Source of the DNA: Candidatus Krumholzibacteriia bacterium
GTDB lineage: Bacteria > Krumholzibacteriota > Krumholzibacteriia > JAJRXK01
Length of the DNA: 64,000 nucleotides
Direction of reading: 5' to 3'
Assembly: GCA_041484665.1 (NCBI GenBank)
Contig: JBGPIA010000009.1
Coordinates: forward strand, 32,001-96,000
The notes beneath the pieces are model-generated. The model was not told where the DNA came from, ran no database searches, and worked only from the letters and a program-made list of their open reading frames with translations. Below, in pieces: positions 1 through 8,393 of the stretch. The position numbers were made by a program, and so were the translations under genes. Every line of letters begins with the position of its first letter. Within the stretch, counting starts at the first letter, position 1.

Positions 1-1
1 T

Positions 2-667
2 CTGCGCTTCGCCCTCGCCCACGATGCATCGATCATCGCCGTGCTGGGCAACCACGATCTCCACCTGCTGGCGCTGGGCGCCGGAGCCGGGCGGCCCAAG
101 CAGCGCGACCGGCTGAGCTCCGTGCTGCGCGCGCCGGATCGCGACGAATTGCTGGCGTGGCTGCGGCGGCGACCGCTCCTGCATCGTGAAGGACGCTGCG
201 TGCTCGTGCACGCAGGGCTGTGGCCCAGCTGGAGCGTGCCGCACGCACAACGCCTGGCCCACGAGGCGGAGTCGGCGCTGCGCGGACGGCAGTGGGTAGG
301 AGTGCTGGCCGGCCTCTCCGGCGACGGGCCGGATCGATCCAGTTCGCGTCACCCCCGCGCGCAGCGGGTGCAGGCCACGCTGCGCATCCTCACGCGCCTG
401 CGCACGCTGCGTCCCCGCGGTGGGATGTGCTCCGACTTCACCGGCCCGCCCGCGCAGGCTCCGCCGGGGTGCCGCCCCTGGTTCGAGCTGCCGGCGCGCC
501 GCCGCCGCGGCGTCACCGTCGTGTTCGGGCACTGGGCCGCGCTGGGGTTGCTGCGGCGGCCGGGGCTGGTCGGCCTGGACACGGGCTGCGTGTGGGGCGG
601 AACGCTGACCGCGCTGCGCCTGGACGACGGCACCCTGTTCGCGGAGCCGTTCGCCGACTTTGCCTAG
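2..667 (+). CDS. apaH: Symmetrical bis(5'-nucleosyl)-tetraphosphatase (Ap4A hydrolase), 5'-truncated by the window edge
   Basis: Frame is open from position 2. Metallophosphoesterase/ApaH motifs LGNHDLHLL, VHAG, TRLR, FGHWAALG, LDTGCVWGG. Confidence 0.9.
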   Translation: MRFALAHDASIIAVLGNHDLHLLALGAGAGRPKQRDRLSSVLRAPDRDELLAWLRRRPLLHREGRCVLVHAGLWPSWSVPHAQRLAHEAESALRGRQWVGVLAGLSGDGPDRSSSRHPRAQRVQATLRILTRLRTLRPRGGMCSDFTGPPAQAPPGCRPWFELPARRRRGVTVVFGHWAALGLLRRPGLVGLDTGCVWGGTLTALRLDDGTLFAEPFADFA

Positions 668-716
668 AGCGGAAGCGGGGCTCGGTCCGCCGCACCGCGC
701 CGCGCCGCCGCCGCGA

Positions 717-1226
717 TCAGCTCGATCGGCCCCCCATCAGGCGCAGAGCCCGTGGTGCCATGAGCCATACAAGCTGGCCGCTCTGGCCGGGCTCAGAGGG
801 GAGCTCGATGCAGGCGACGCCGGCCTTCTTCAGGGAGGCGATGGGCGCGGCGCGCGGGGCGACCGCTTGCGTCAGCACCAAGTCGAGATTGGGCGCGTGG
901 CCGACGCACAAGACGTCGCGCACCGCCCCTTTGCGGAGCTCGGACAAGAGCTCACGCGGGTCGGCCAGCGGGGTGAGCGCCTCGCTGCGGCGGATCCGGT
1001 CGGGGGACACGCCCAAGGCCGCAGCCGCGATCTCCGCCGTCTGCATCGCGCGCAGCAGCGGACTGCTGATGACCAGGCCCACCGCGACCTCCAGGCGGGC
1101 CAGCCCTTGGGCCACCTCGCGTGTCCGCGCGCGACCCTCCTCGGTCAGCGGCCGCTGCTCGTCGGGCGGGCACGACGGATCGTCGTGGTCAACGGCGATA
1201 CCGTGGCGCATCAAGTACAACAGCAT
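717..1226 (-). CDS. sixA: Phosphohistidine phosphatase SixA family
   Basis: LYLMRHGIA (RHG motif), RPLTEEG, SSPLLRAMQTA, VGHAP, LKKAGVA. Confidence 0.9.
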   Translation of the reverse strand: MLLYLMRHGIAVDHDDPSCPPDEQRPLTEEGRARTREVAQGLARLEVAVGLVISSPLLRAMQTAEIAAAALGVSPDRIRRSEALTPLADPRELLSELRKGAVRDVLCVGHAPNLDLVLTQAVAPRAAPIASLKKAGVACIELPSEPGQSGQLVWLMAPRALRLMGGRSS

Positions 1227-1321
1227 GGGTCAGACCTCCGGCTGCCGCGCGCCGCGTCGTCTTGGCCCCGCGGACGGGACCACTGCCACTCTAGCACGGC
1301 CCGCGCCGGCGCCCTCCGCTC

Positions 1322-1330
1322 TGCTACGAT
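1322..1330 (+). promoter_or_regulatory. Extended -10 element (TGcTACGAT) 6 nt before the CHAD start codon; likely leaderless promoter
   Basis: TGCTACGAT at 1322-1330, then cgaagg, then ATG at 1337. Confidence 0.4.
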
Positions 1331-1336
1331 CGAAGG

Positions 1337-2335
1337 ATGGCGGAGGGCTCCTCATCCTGGCTTCACCTCAACCGCCAGCTCCCCCTGAGGGACGCATGGG
1401 TGTGGTCGCTGGCTGCCAGCGTGGACCGGGCGATCGCCGTGGCGCATGGCCGGGCCGCCGATCCAGCGCCGGGTCGCAGGGCCCACCCGGCAACTCTTCG
1501 CGGCGCTGCCGCCGCGTCCGAGCCGGCGGCCCGCCGCAGCCCCCACCAAGTCGCCCACCCGACCGCCGACCCGGTCCCCGCGCTGCACGAGTTTCGCCGC
1601 TCCTTGCGCAGCGCACGGGCCGTCTTGCGTCTGGCTCGCGGGCTGCTCCTCACAGAGGCCTTCGAATCGCTGGCGACGGCGCTCGGCCAGGCGGTGCGTC
1701 CGACCTCGCCGCAACGGGACCGCGACGTGTTGCCAGGCGTGCTCGCCGCTCTGGGTGCGCCTGCACAGGCCGAAGTGGCCCGGCGCGCCGTGGCGGACCT
1801 GCTGGCTGAGGACGCGCCTGTGGACGCGCAGCGGCTTTGCGCGCTGTTGCGCGAGGGTGCCGCGCAGCTGCTCGATGTGCCACCCCGATTCCTGGCGGCC
1901 CTGCCGGAGCGGGTGGAGTGGATCGACGTCGAGCGCGGGCTGCGCCGCAGCTACCGGCGCACGCAGCGCAGCTGGCGACGCGCGCGGCGCGGCCACGACG
2001 ATGCGCAGCTGCATGCGCTGCGCCGCCGGGTGAAGGAGCTGCGTGACCAGCTGGGACTGCTCGCGATCGATCCCAGCGACCGCATCGGGCGGAGCCAGCG
2101 CCGGCTGGCGTCCCTGGCGCGCGCGCTGGGCGAGGTCACCGACCTGCTCGCCCTGCGCGCGTTCATCGTGACCCGGCGCGAGCGCCTGTCCCCCCCAGCG
2201 GCGGAGACGCTGCTCGCGTACCTCGAGCGGGAGATCACCCGCCGGCGGGCCCGGGCGCTGGCTACAGCCGGCCGGCTGCTGCGCCGTCCGTCCAGGGTGG
2301 CCTCCTCGCGCTGGATCGACGCCATCGTTCCCTGA
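1337..2335 (+). CDS. CHAD domain protein (polyphosphate-binding)
   Basis: LHEFRRSLRSARA, RDRDV, LHALRRRVKELRDQL and LGEVTDL are CHAD motifs. Divergent from sixA. Confidence 0.85.
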   Translation: MAEGSSSWLHLNRQLPLRDAWVWSLAASVDRAIAVAHGRAADPAPGRRAHPATLRGAAAASEPAARRSPHQVAHPTADPVPALHEFRRSLRSARAVLRLARGLLLTEAFESLATALGQAVRPTSPQRDRDVLPGVLAALGAPAQAEVARRAVADLLAEDAPVDAQRLCALLREGAAQLLDVPPRFLAALPERVEWIDVERGLRRSYRRTQRSWRRARRGHDDAQLHALRRRVKELRDQLGLLAIDPSDRIGRSQRRLASLARALGEVTDLLALRAFIVTRRERLSPPAAETLLAYLEREITRRRARALATAGRLLRRPSRVASSRWIDAIVP

Positions 2336-2473
2336 TCGCGCGCTGAACGTCCCGTGTCGCTCCCTGGGCGCGGGCGGCGACCAGCGTTGAGCCGCAGCTC
2401 TGCCTTGGGTATGATGGCGCGACCCGCCCCCCTTTTTCGCAGCCCGTTCTCCTCAACCCAAGGGTCAACGCGC

Positions 2474-4351
2474 ATGTCCCAGCCGAATCCCGCGTTCCAT
2501 CCCCGGCCGATCCCCCGCCTCCACTCGCCACAGGCAGCGCAGCCGCGACGCGGTACGGCGCAGCTGAGTGCCGCGCTGCGCCTGGTCGTGTTGCTCGTGC
2601 TCGTAGTCTTGCCGGCGCTGCTGGTCCCGACGTGCGGGTGGACGGCCGCTGGACCGGCTGCCGGCGCGTCGCCCACCGTGGTCGACCTGCTGCCCGACAT
2701 CATCGTGCGCGACGGCGATCTGTACGATCACGACATCGTGACCAATATCGTCCCGGGGCACACGCACCTGCGGCTCTCCAACGGGACGCCCAACATCGGC
2801 GCCGGGAAGCTCTACCTGTACGGCGTGCTTCCGGCGTATCCCGATGGCACCCAGGACGTGCGCCAGCGCGTCGATCGCTCCGATGGCACGTACTACGACC
2901 GGCCCGCCGGCCGGTTCGTCTACCATCCTGCCCACAACCACATCCACGTGGAAGGTTGGTGCATCTACCGGCTACGGCAGATGCTCCCGGACGGCAGCGT
3001 CGGCCCGGTGGTGGTCGAGGGCGCCAAGACCAGCTTCTGCATCCTCGATCTGAACATCTACGACTCGAGCTTGCCGGACTTCGATTCGTTCGGTGAGTTC
3101 CACGGCTGCAACTCCACGGTGCAGGGGCTCTCGGTCGGATGGGTCGACGTCTACTCCAAGGGGCTCGAGGGGCAGAACCTCGACATCACCGGCGTCCCCG
3201 ACGGCCGGTACTGGCTCGAGTCGCAGGCCGATCCGGACAACCACATCCTGGAGTCCGACGAGACCAACAACGTCACGCGCATCGCCCTGGTGCTGGGACG
3301 GCCCGGCCCGATCAACCCCGATGCCTACGAGCCCAATGGCTCACGCTCCGCCGTCGATGGCCGGCCTGCAGGCGGGCCCAACAGCCCGAATCTGGGTCCG
3401 TGTGGCCCGCTGCGCGTCGTCTCGGGATTGAGCGTCGACCAGTCCGGCGACGATGACTATTTCAAGCTGTTCGCCAACGACGTCGGTGGCGCCGGCGACG
3501 TCGTCCGCATCGAGTTCGAGCACGCCCTCGGCGATCTGGACATGCGACTTCTCAACTCGTCGGGCACGCAGGTCGGCGTCTCGACGGGGGTTACCAACCA
3601 GGAGCAGATCTCGCTGCAGGGTCGGCCCAAGGGCTGGTACTACGTACGCGTTTACGGCTACAACAACGCCACCAACCCGTTCTACACGCTGACGGTCGAT
3701 CCTCCCCAGAACGCCGCTCCGTCGGTGGTGGTGCTCGATCCGCCGGCGGGCAACGTGGACGTGATCCATGGCGTCGAGAACTACACGGCGACCTGGTCTG
3801 CCTCCGATCCGGAGGGGGACCTGACGTGGGTGACGCTCTACGTGAACACGACCGCGGCGCTGGACGGAGGGGAGTTCCTGCTGCCGACGACTCTGTACAC
3901 CAGCTGCAGCCAGGGTTTCGCCGTGATCAACTCGGCGGAGGTGCTTCCGGGCACCTACTGGGTGTACTGCGCGGTGACCGACGGCGGAACGGTCGCGGGA
4001 AGCTGGTCGGCGGGCACCGTGACCTTCCACGAGGCCTCCACCGCCGTCGCGGAGCGCGCGGGGCTGCGGCCGTCGGTCACGCGCCTGCTGGCCGCCGCCC
4101 CCAATCCGTTCAACCCCAGCACCACGCTTGCGCTGGACCTGGCCCAGGCCGTGACCGTCGGCTGGAGGATCTACGACGCGCGCGGGGTGCGCGTGCGCAC
4201 GCTGCTCTGCGGTCCGCTTCCGGCGGGTCGTCACGTGCTGTCGTGGAATGGGACCGACGACGCCGGCCGTGCGCTGGCCAGCGGCGTGTACTACACCCTC
4301 GTGGAGGGCCCGCAGCCCGCCGTGCGCCAGAAACTGCTGCTCTTGAAATGA
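2474..4351 (+). CDS. Secreted lysyl oxidase-domain protein with PPC-type domain and C-terminal FlgD-Ig/T9SS-type sorting domain (start uncertain, 2354-2474)
   Basis: Hydrophobic N-terminal signal. LOX motifs YHPAHNHIH, KTSFCILD, QGLSVGWVDVY, LDITGVPDGRY, ESDETNN. PPC-like DDDYFK...GDLDMRL...GWYYVRV. C-terminus PNPFNPST...IYDARG...SGVYY...KLLLLK. Confidence 0.8.
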   Translation: MSQPNPAFHPRPIPRLHSPQAAQPRRGTAQLSAALRLVVLLVLVVLPALLVPTCGWTAAGPAAGASPTVVDLLPDIIVRDGDLYDHDIVTNIVPGHTHLRLSNGTPNIGAGKLYLYGVLPAYPDGTQDVRQRVDRSDGTYYDRPAGRFVYHPAHNHIHVEGWCIYRLRQMLPDGSVGPVVVEGAKTSFCILDLNIYDSSLPDFDSFGEFHGCNSTVQGLSVGWVDVYSKGLEGQNLDITGVPDGRYWLESQADPDNHILESDETNNVTRIALVLGRPGPINPDAYEPNGSRSAVDGRPAGGPNSPNLGPCGPLRVVSGLSVDQSGDDDYFKLFANDVGGAGDVVRIEFEHALGDLDMRLLNSSGTQVGVSTGVTNQEQISLQGRPKGWYYVRVYGYNNATNPFYTLTVDPPQNAAPSVVVLDPPAGNVDVIHGVENYTATWSASDPEGDLTWVTLYVNTTAALDGGEFLLPTTLYTSCSQGFAVINSAEVLPGTYWVYCAVTDGGTVAGSWSAGTVTFHEASTAVAERAGLRPSVTRLLAAAPNPFNPSTTLALDLAQAVTVGWRIYDARGVRVRTLLCGPLPAGRHVLSWNGTDDAGRALASGVYYTLVEGPQPAVRQKLLLLK

Positions 4352-4388
4352 GCGCGTCGCTGCGCGGCTGAGCGCGTCGCCGCGCGGC
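4349..4388. repeat. Two-copy 20-bp tandem repeat overlapping the stop codon
   Basis: tgagcgcgtcgctgcgcggc followed by tgagcgcgtcgccgcgcggc (1 mismatch). Confidence 0.6.
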
Positions 4389-4560
4389 ACCCAGCGATGC
4401 GGCGCCGCACCGTGCGACGCGACGCCCCCTGCCGGGACGCGAAGCACCGGGCCCGCCGACGCTCGGTGACATCATCATGGATGCCCGGGGATCCTCCAGG
4501 ATCTGGAAGTCGGCAAATCCGTCGGCCGCAGCCGGGCAGATGGCGGCGATGGAAAGCGAA

Positions 4561-4582
4561 CGGCGCCCCGCACGGGGCGCCG
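4561..4582. terminator. Perfect GC hairpin between convergent genes (possible terminator or RNA-stabilising stem)
   Basis: CGGCGCCCC-gcac-GGGGCGCCG; no U-tract. Confidence 0.3.
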
Positions 4583-4763
4583 ATCTCGTCGAGGAGGGCG
4601 GGATGGACCCGGCTCCAGGGCCACCTTCCCTCGCACAACCACGAAGGCTGTGGGCGTGGCGGAGTGCACTCTCTCGGGACAGCCAGCCCGTTGGGACCGG
4701 AGAGTGATGCTCTAATATCCGCACGCGCGCCCGACCCGGACATAAGCAAAGTACGATCCTGGA

Positions 4764-5411
4764 CTACGCCTTTTCCCTACCAGGCTCCAGGGCGCCACCC
4801 CTGGCTTCGAGCACCATGCGCACCAGTTCTGCTGTGGTCCCCACCTCCAGCTTTCGCATGATATTGCCGCGATGGACGTCGAACGTCTTGCGGCTGATCT
4901 TCAGCTCGCAAGCGATCACCTTGGGCGGCTTGCCGGCGACGATCTGATCGAGCACCTCGTGCTCGCGGCGGGTGAGCAATTCCAGCCGTTGGAGGGCCTG
5001 GGTGCGGCGGGTGTGAGCGCGGCGCAGCGCGATGTCCAGCTCCAGGGCGCGGTGGATGCAGTCGATCAGGTCCTGGCTGCGGAACGGCTTCTCCAAGAAT
5101 GAGACCGCTCCCGCCTGCATGGCCCGGACGGCGGTGGACACGTCTCCGTGGCCGGTGATGAAGATGATTGGCAGACTGCAACTCTGCCCGGCCAGTAGCC
5201 CTTGCAGCTCCAGCCCCGACATCGCTGGCAGACGCAGGTCCAGTACCAGGCATCCCGGCCGCAGCGGATCGAGCGCCTCGAGGAACTCCTGCGCCGACCC
5301 AAACGCCTCGGCCTCGAGCGAGACCGAGTTGGCCAGCACGCTCAGGGACTTCCGCACCCCTGGGTCGTCGTCGACGATGAAGACGGTGGGGGACCGGCTG
5401 CCGGTCTCCAT
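4764..5411 (-). CDS. FixJ/TodT-type response regulator (REC + LuxR HTH)
   Basis: VFIVDDD, LVLDLRLP, IFITGHGD, FLEKPF; HTH LTRREHEVL...IACELKISRKTFDVHRGNIMRKL. Confidence 0.92.
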   Translation of the reverse strand: METGSRSPTVFIVDDDPGVRKSLSVLANSVSLEAEAFGSAQEFLEALDPLRPGCLVLDLRLPAMSGLELQGLLAGQSCSLPIIFITGHGDVSTAVRAMQAGAVSFLEKPFRSQDLIDCIHRALELDIALRRAHTRRTQALQRLELLTRREHEVLDQIVAGKPPKVIACELKISRKTFDVHRGNIMRKLEVGTTAELVRMVLEARGGALEPGREKA

Positions 5412-5432
5412 CGCGGCGCTCCTCGCTGCCCG

Positions 5433-7157
5433 TCAGCGACGGATGGGCAAGGTGAACCGGAAGGACGTTCCGCGGTCCGCCACCGGTTCGGCCCACAGGC
5501 GGCCCTCGTGGCTCTCCACGATCGTGCGGCTGATCGCCAGGCCCATCCCCATGCCGTCCGGCTTGGTGGTGAAGAAAGGTTCGAAGAGGTGGCTACGCGC
5601 CTCTTCGGTGAGGCCGCACCCGGCGTCGTCGACCGAGACTTCGATCGCCGTGCCACCATCATCCGGGCTGCGCGTCGAGATCGTCAAGACCCTGTCCTGG
5701 GCGCGGGTCTGGTCCATGGCCTCCAGGCCGTTGCGCACGAGATTGAGGAGCACCTGCTGGATCTGGATCCGGTCCACCAGCGTCGGAGGAAGGTCCGGCG
5801 CGAGCAGCAGCCGCGGGCGCGCCCCGCTCGTTCGAAAGTCGGCCGCGGTAAGGGCCACCACTTCGGAGACGAGCTGGTTGATATCGGCCGTGGAGAACCG
5901 CGTGCGGCTGCGCCGCGCCAGCGAGCGGAGATGGCGGATGATCTGACCCGCGCGCTGCGCCTCGGCCGCGGCCTCGGCCATGGCGCGGGCCGCCTGTGGG
6001 GGCGTGCCCTTGCCCTCGCCGAGCATGCGGCGGGCGGCCTCGACGTAGTTGCTGATGGCGGCCAACGGCTGGTTGAGCTCGTGGGCCAGCCCCGAGGCCA
6101 TCTCGCCCAGCGTGGTGAGCCTCGCGACGTGCATCAGCTCGTCATGCAGGCGGCGGCGTTCCTCCTCGTCCCGCTTGCGCTGGGTCACGTCGCGCGAGAC
6201 GACGATGATCTCCCGCACCTCGTGGCTGCTTGGATCGCGGATGGTCTTGGAGACGCTCTCGAGCCAGGTGTACGCGCCATCCTTGCGGCGGATGCGGTAG
6301 GTGACCGTCTGGGTATCCGGCAGCCTTAGGATGGACTCGTGGCTCTTGCGGATGGCGGCCAGATCGTCCGCATGGAAGAACTCGTATGCGTTGCGTCCGA
6401 CCAGCTCGTGGGGCTCGTAGCCCAGCAGCGCGCGGCAGGCTGGCGAGGCGTAGATGTATTCCCCGGCCAGCGTGTGCTTGGAGATCATGTCGGTGGCGTG
6501 CTCGGCCAGTAGGCGGTAGAGCTCCTCGCTGCGGCGCAGGGAGTGCTCCGCCTGCTCCCGCTCCAGCACCTCCTGCTGCAGGCGGGCGTTGGCCAGCGAC
6601 AGCTCCTCGGTGCGCTCCTCCACGCGCACTTCCAGCTCATCGCGGGCCCGGCGCAGCTCCTCCTCCGCGTGCTTGCGATCCGTGATGTCTTCGGCGAACC
6701 CCAGATAGCGGTCGAAGCCCGGCCCGCCGCGCGCAACGATGAAGCCCCGTCCGCGGATCCAACGCACCGTACCGTCAGGCTTCTCTATGCGGAACTCCAG
6801 CGGCGTCGGTTCGACGGGCAGCCCTTCACGCCGGCGCTTCCAGGTCGCCATCACGTGCTCGCGGTCCCCGGGCAGCATCGCCTCGAACACCGAGCGCGGG
6901 TTCGCGTAGAAGCTCTGCGTGCTGCGCCCCCAAACCGTCTCGTAGGCGGGGCTGATGTAATAGGCCTGGGTCAGATCCGGATCGGACATCCAAAACATGT
7001 AGCTCGTTCCCTCCAGGAGCACGCGGTACTCCTGCTCCAGCGCGCGCAGGGCGGCGAGCTCACGATCCTGCTGCTGCACCGCCCGCTCCAGCTCGTCCAA
7101 CCGGGCGCGCAGCGTCGTCTCGTCCTGCAACGGAGCCGATTTGGGCGTGCGGGCCAT
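5433..7157 (-). CDS. Cytoplasmic PAS-PAC sensor histidine kinase (FixL/NtrB-type)
   Basis: Two PAS/PAC modules; H-box AHELNQPL; QQVLLNLVRNG, DDAGCG, FFTTK, GMGMGL. GAGGAG RBS before ATG 7157. Confidence 0.92.
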   Translation of the reverse strand: MARTPKSAPLQDETTLRARLDELERAVQQQDRELAALRALEQEYRVLLEGTSYMFWMSDPDLTQAYYISPAYETVWGRSTQSFYANPRSVFEAMLPGDREHVMATWKRRREGLPVEPTPLEFRIEKPDGTVRWIRGRGFIVARGGPGFDRYLGFAEDITDRKHAEEELRRARDELEVRVEERTEELSLANARLQQEVLEREQAEHSLRRSEELYRLLAEHATDMISKHTLAGEYIYASPACRALLGYEPHELVGRNAYEFFHADDLAAIRKSHESILRLPDTQTVTYRIRRKDGAYTWLESVSKTIRDPSSHEVREIIVVSRDVTQRKRDEEERRRLHDELMHVARLTTLGEMASGLAHELNQPLAAISNYVEAARRMLGEGKGTPPQAARAMAEAAAEAQRAGQIIRHLRSLARRSRTRFSTADINQLVSEVVALTAADFRTSGARPRLLLAPDLPPTLVDRIQIQQVLLNLVRNGLEAMDQTRAQDRVLTISTRSPDDGGTAIEVSVDDAGCGLTEEARSHLFEPFFTTKPDGMGMGLAISRTIVESHEGRLWAEPVADRGTSFRFTLPIRR

Positions 7158-7189
7158 GCTGGGTTCTCCTCCTCGTCCTCGGGATCCGC

Positions 7190-8362
7190 TCAGGAGCGCA
7201 GGATCGCTCTCCAGCGGTCGATGGCCGTCTCCAGACGATCCGGCGGCTCGCCGGTGAAGCAGATGCGCACGTGGTCCTCGTACGCGCTGCCAAAATCCAA
7301 TCCCGGCGCTACGGCAACGCCCGCCTCCAGCCAGCGGGCGATCAACTCCCAGACGGTGCGCCCGCGCAGCTCCTCGCGCAACGGCACGAAGAAGAAGGTA
7401 CCGCCCTCGGGCAGCGGGCAGCGCACGCCCAGCCCGCCCGCCACGCTGTCGCGCAGCCGCTGGTAGCGCTCCCGCACCCGCGGGATCCACTCCGCGCGTG
7501 TGCGCACGGGTGCGACCATCAAGTGCTGCCCCAAGGTCGACGGGCTGTAGAGCTCGTGGATCATGAGCTTGTTGAGAGTCCGGATGGCGGTCTCGTTGCC
7601 CACGACGTAGCCCAGCCGCAGTCCGGCAAACATGTACGTCTTGCTGAAGCTGAAGATCGAGAGCGTCTGCTCGAACAACCCTGGTAGGCTGCCGATGGAA
7701 TGTGTGGGGCGCCCGTCGAACGTCAGCCCGTCGTAGGCCTCATCCGAGATGACCCACAACGCGTGCTGGCGCGCGAAGGCCGCGATCTGCTCCAGGTGGG
7801 CCCGCTCCAGCACCTTGCCGCTGGGGTTGTTGGGGCTGTTGACGTAGAGCGCCACGGTGCGCGGCGTGCGGTGCTGCTCCAGCAGCTCGGCGACGTCCAG
7901 GTGCGGTTGCGCGTAGAGGCGCATGTAGAGCGGAACCTCCGCCACCCGCGCCCCGGCCACCCGCGCCATGCCGAAGAAGAAGGGCCAGGCGGGCGTGCAG
8001 ACGAGGATCTCGTCGTCGGGCTGCAGCAGCCCCATGGCCGCAACGTTCAGGGCATTGGCCGCGCCCGCGGTGAGCAGCACGTGCTTTGGGCCCGCTGGCA
8101 GCCCGTTGTCCTCGCGCACCTTCTCCAGGACCGCCGCGCGCAGCGGAGCGATGCCGAAGGTGTTGCAGTAGCGGTTGAAGTCGGCGTGATCGCCGAGGAA
8201 GTCGGCCGCCAGCGGCAGCGGATACTCTGGCGGCAGATAGGTGTCGCCGATCTGAAGCTTGAGCAGCCCGTCGCCGTGGCGAGCCATCTGGTCGCGGAAG
8301 CGCTCGAACACCGAGCCGCCGATGCAGTCCACGCGCGCGCTGAAGTCGGGGAAGCGGGGCAT
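7190..8362 (-). CDS. PLP-dependent aminotransferase class I/II
   Basis: NSPNNPSG, ISDEAY, SFSKTYMFAGLRLGY (PLP lysine), VRICF. Confidence 0.92.
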   Translation of the reverse strand: MPRFPDFSARVDCIGGSVFERFRDQMARHGDGLLKLQIGDTYLPPEYPLPLAADFLGDHADFNRYCNTFGIAPLRAAVLEKVREDNGLPAGPKHVLLTAGAANALNVAAMGLLQPDDEILVCTPAWPFFFGMARVAGARVAEVPLYMRLYAQPHLDVAELLEQHRTPRTVALYVNSPNNPSGKVLERAHLEQIAAFARQHALWVISDEAYDGLTFDGRPTHSIGSLPGLFEQTLSIFSFSKTYMFAGLRLGYVVGNETAIRTLNKLMIHELYSPSTLGQHLMVAPVRTRAEWIPRVRERYQRLRDSVAGGLGVRCPLPEGGTFFFVPLREELRGRTVWELIARWLEAGVAVAPGLDFGSAYEDHVRICFTGEPPDRLETAIDRWRAILRS

Positions 8363-8393
8363 GGAGGACCTCGTAGGCTGCGGCTTGGCCGGG

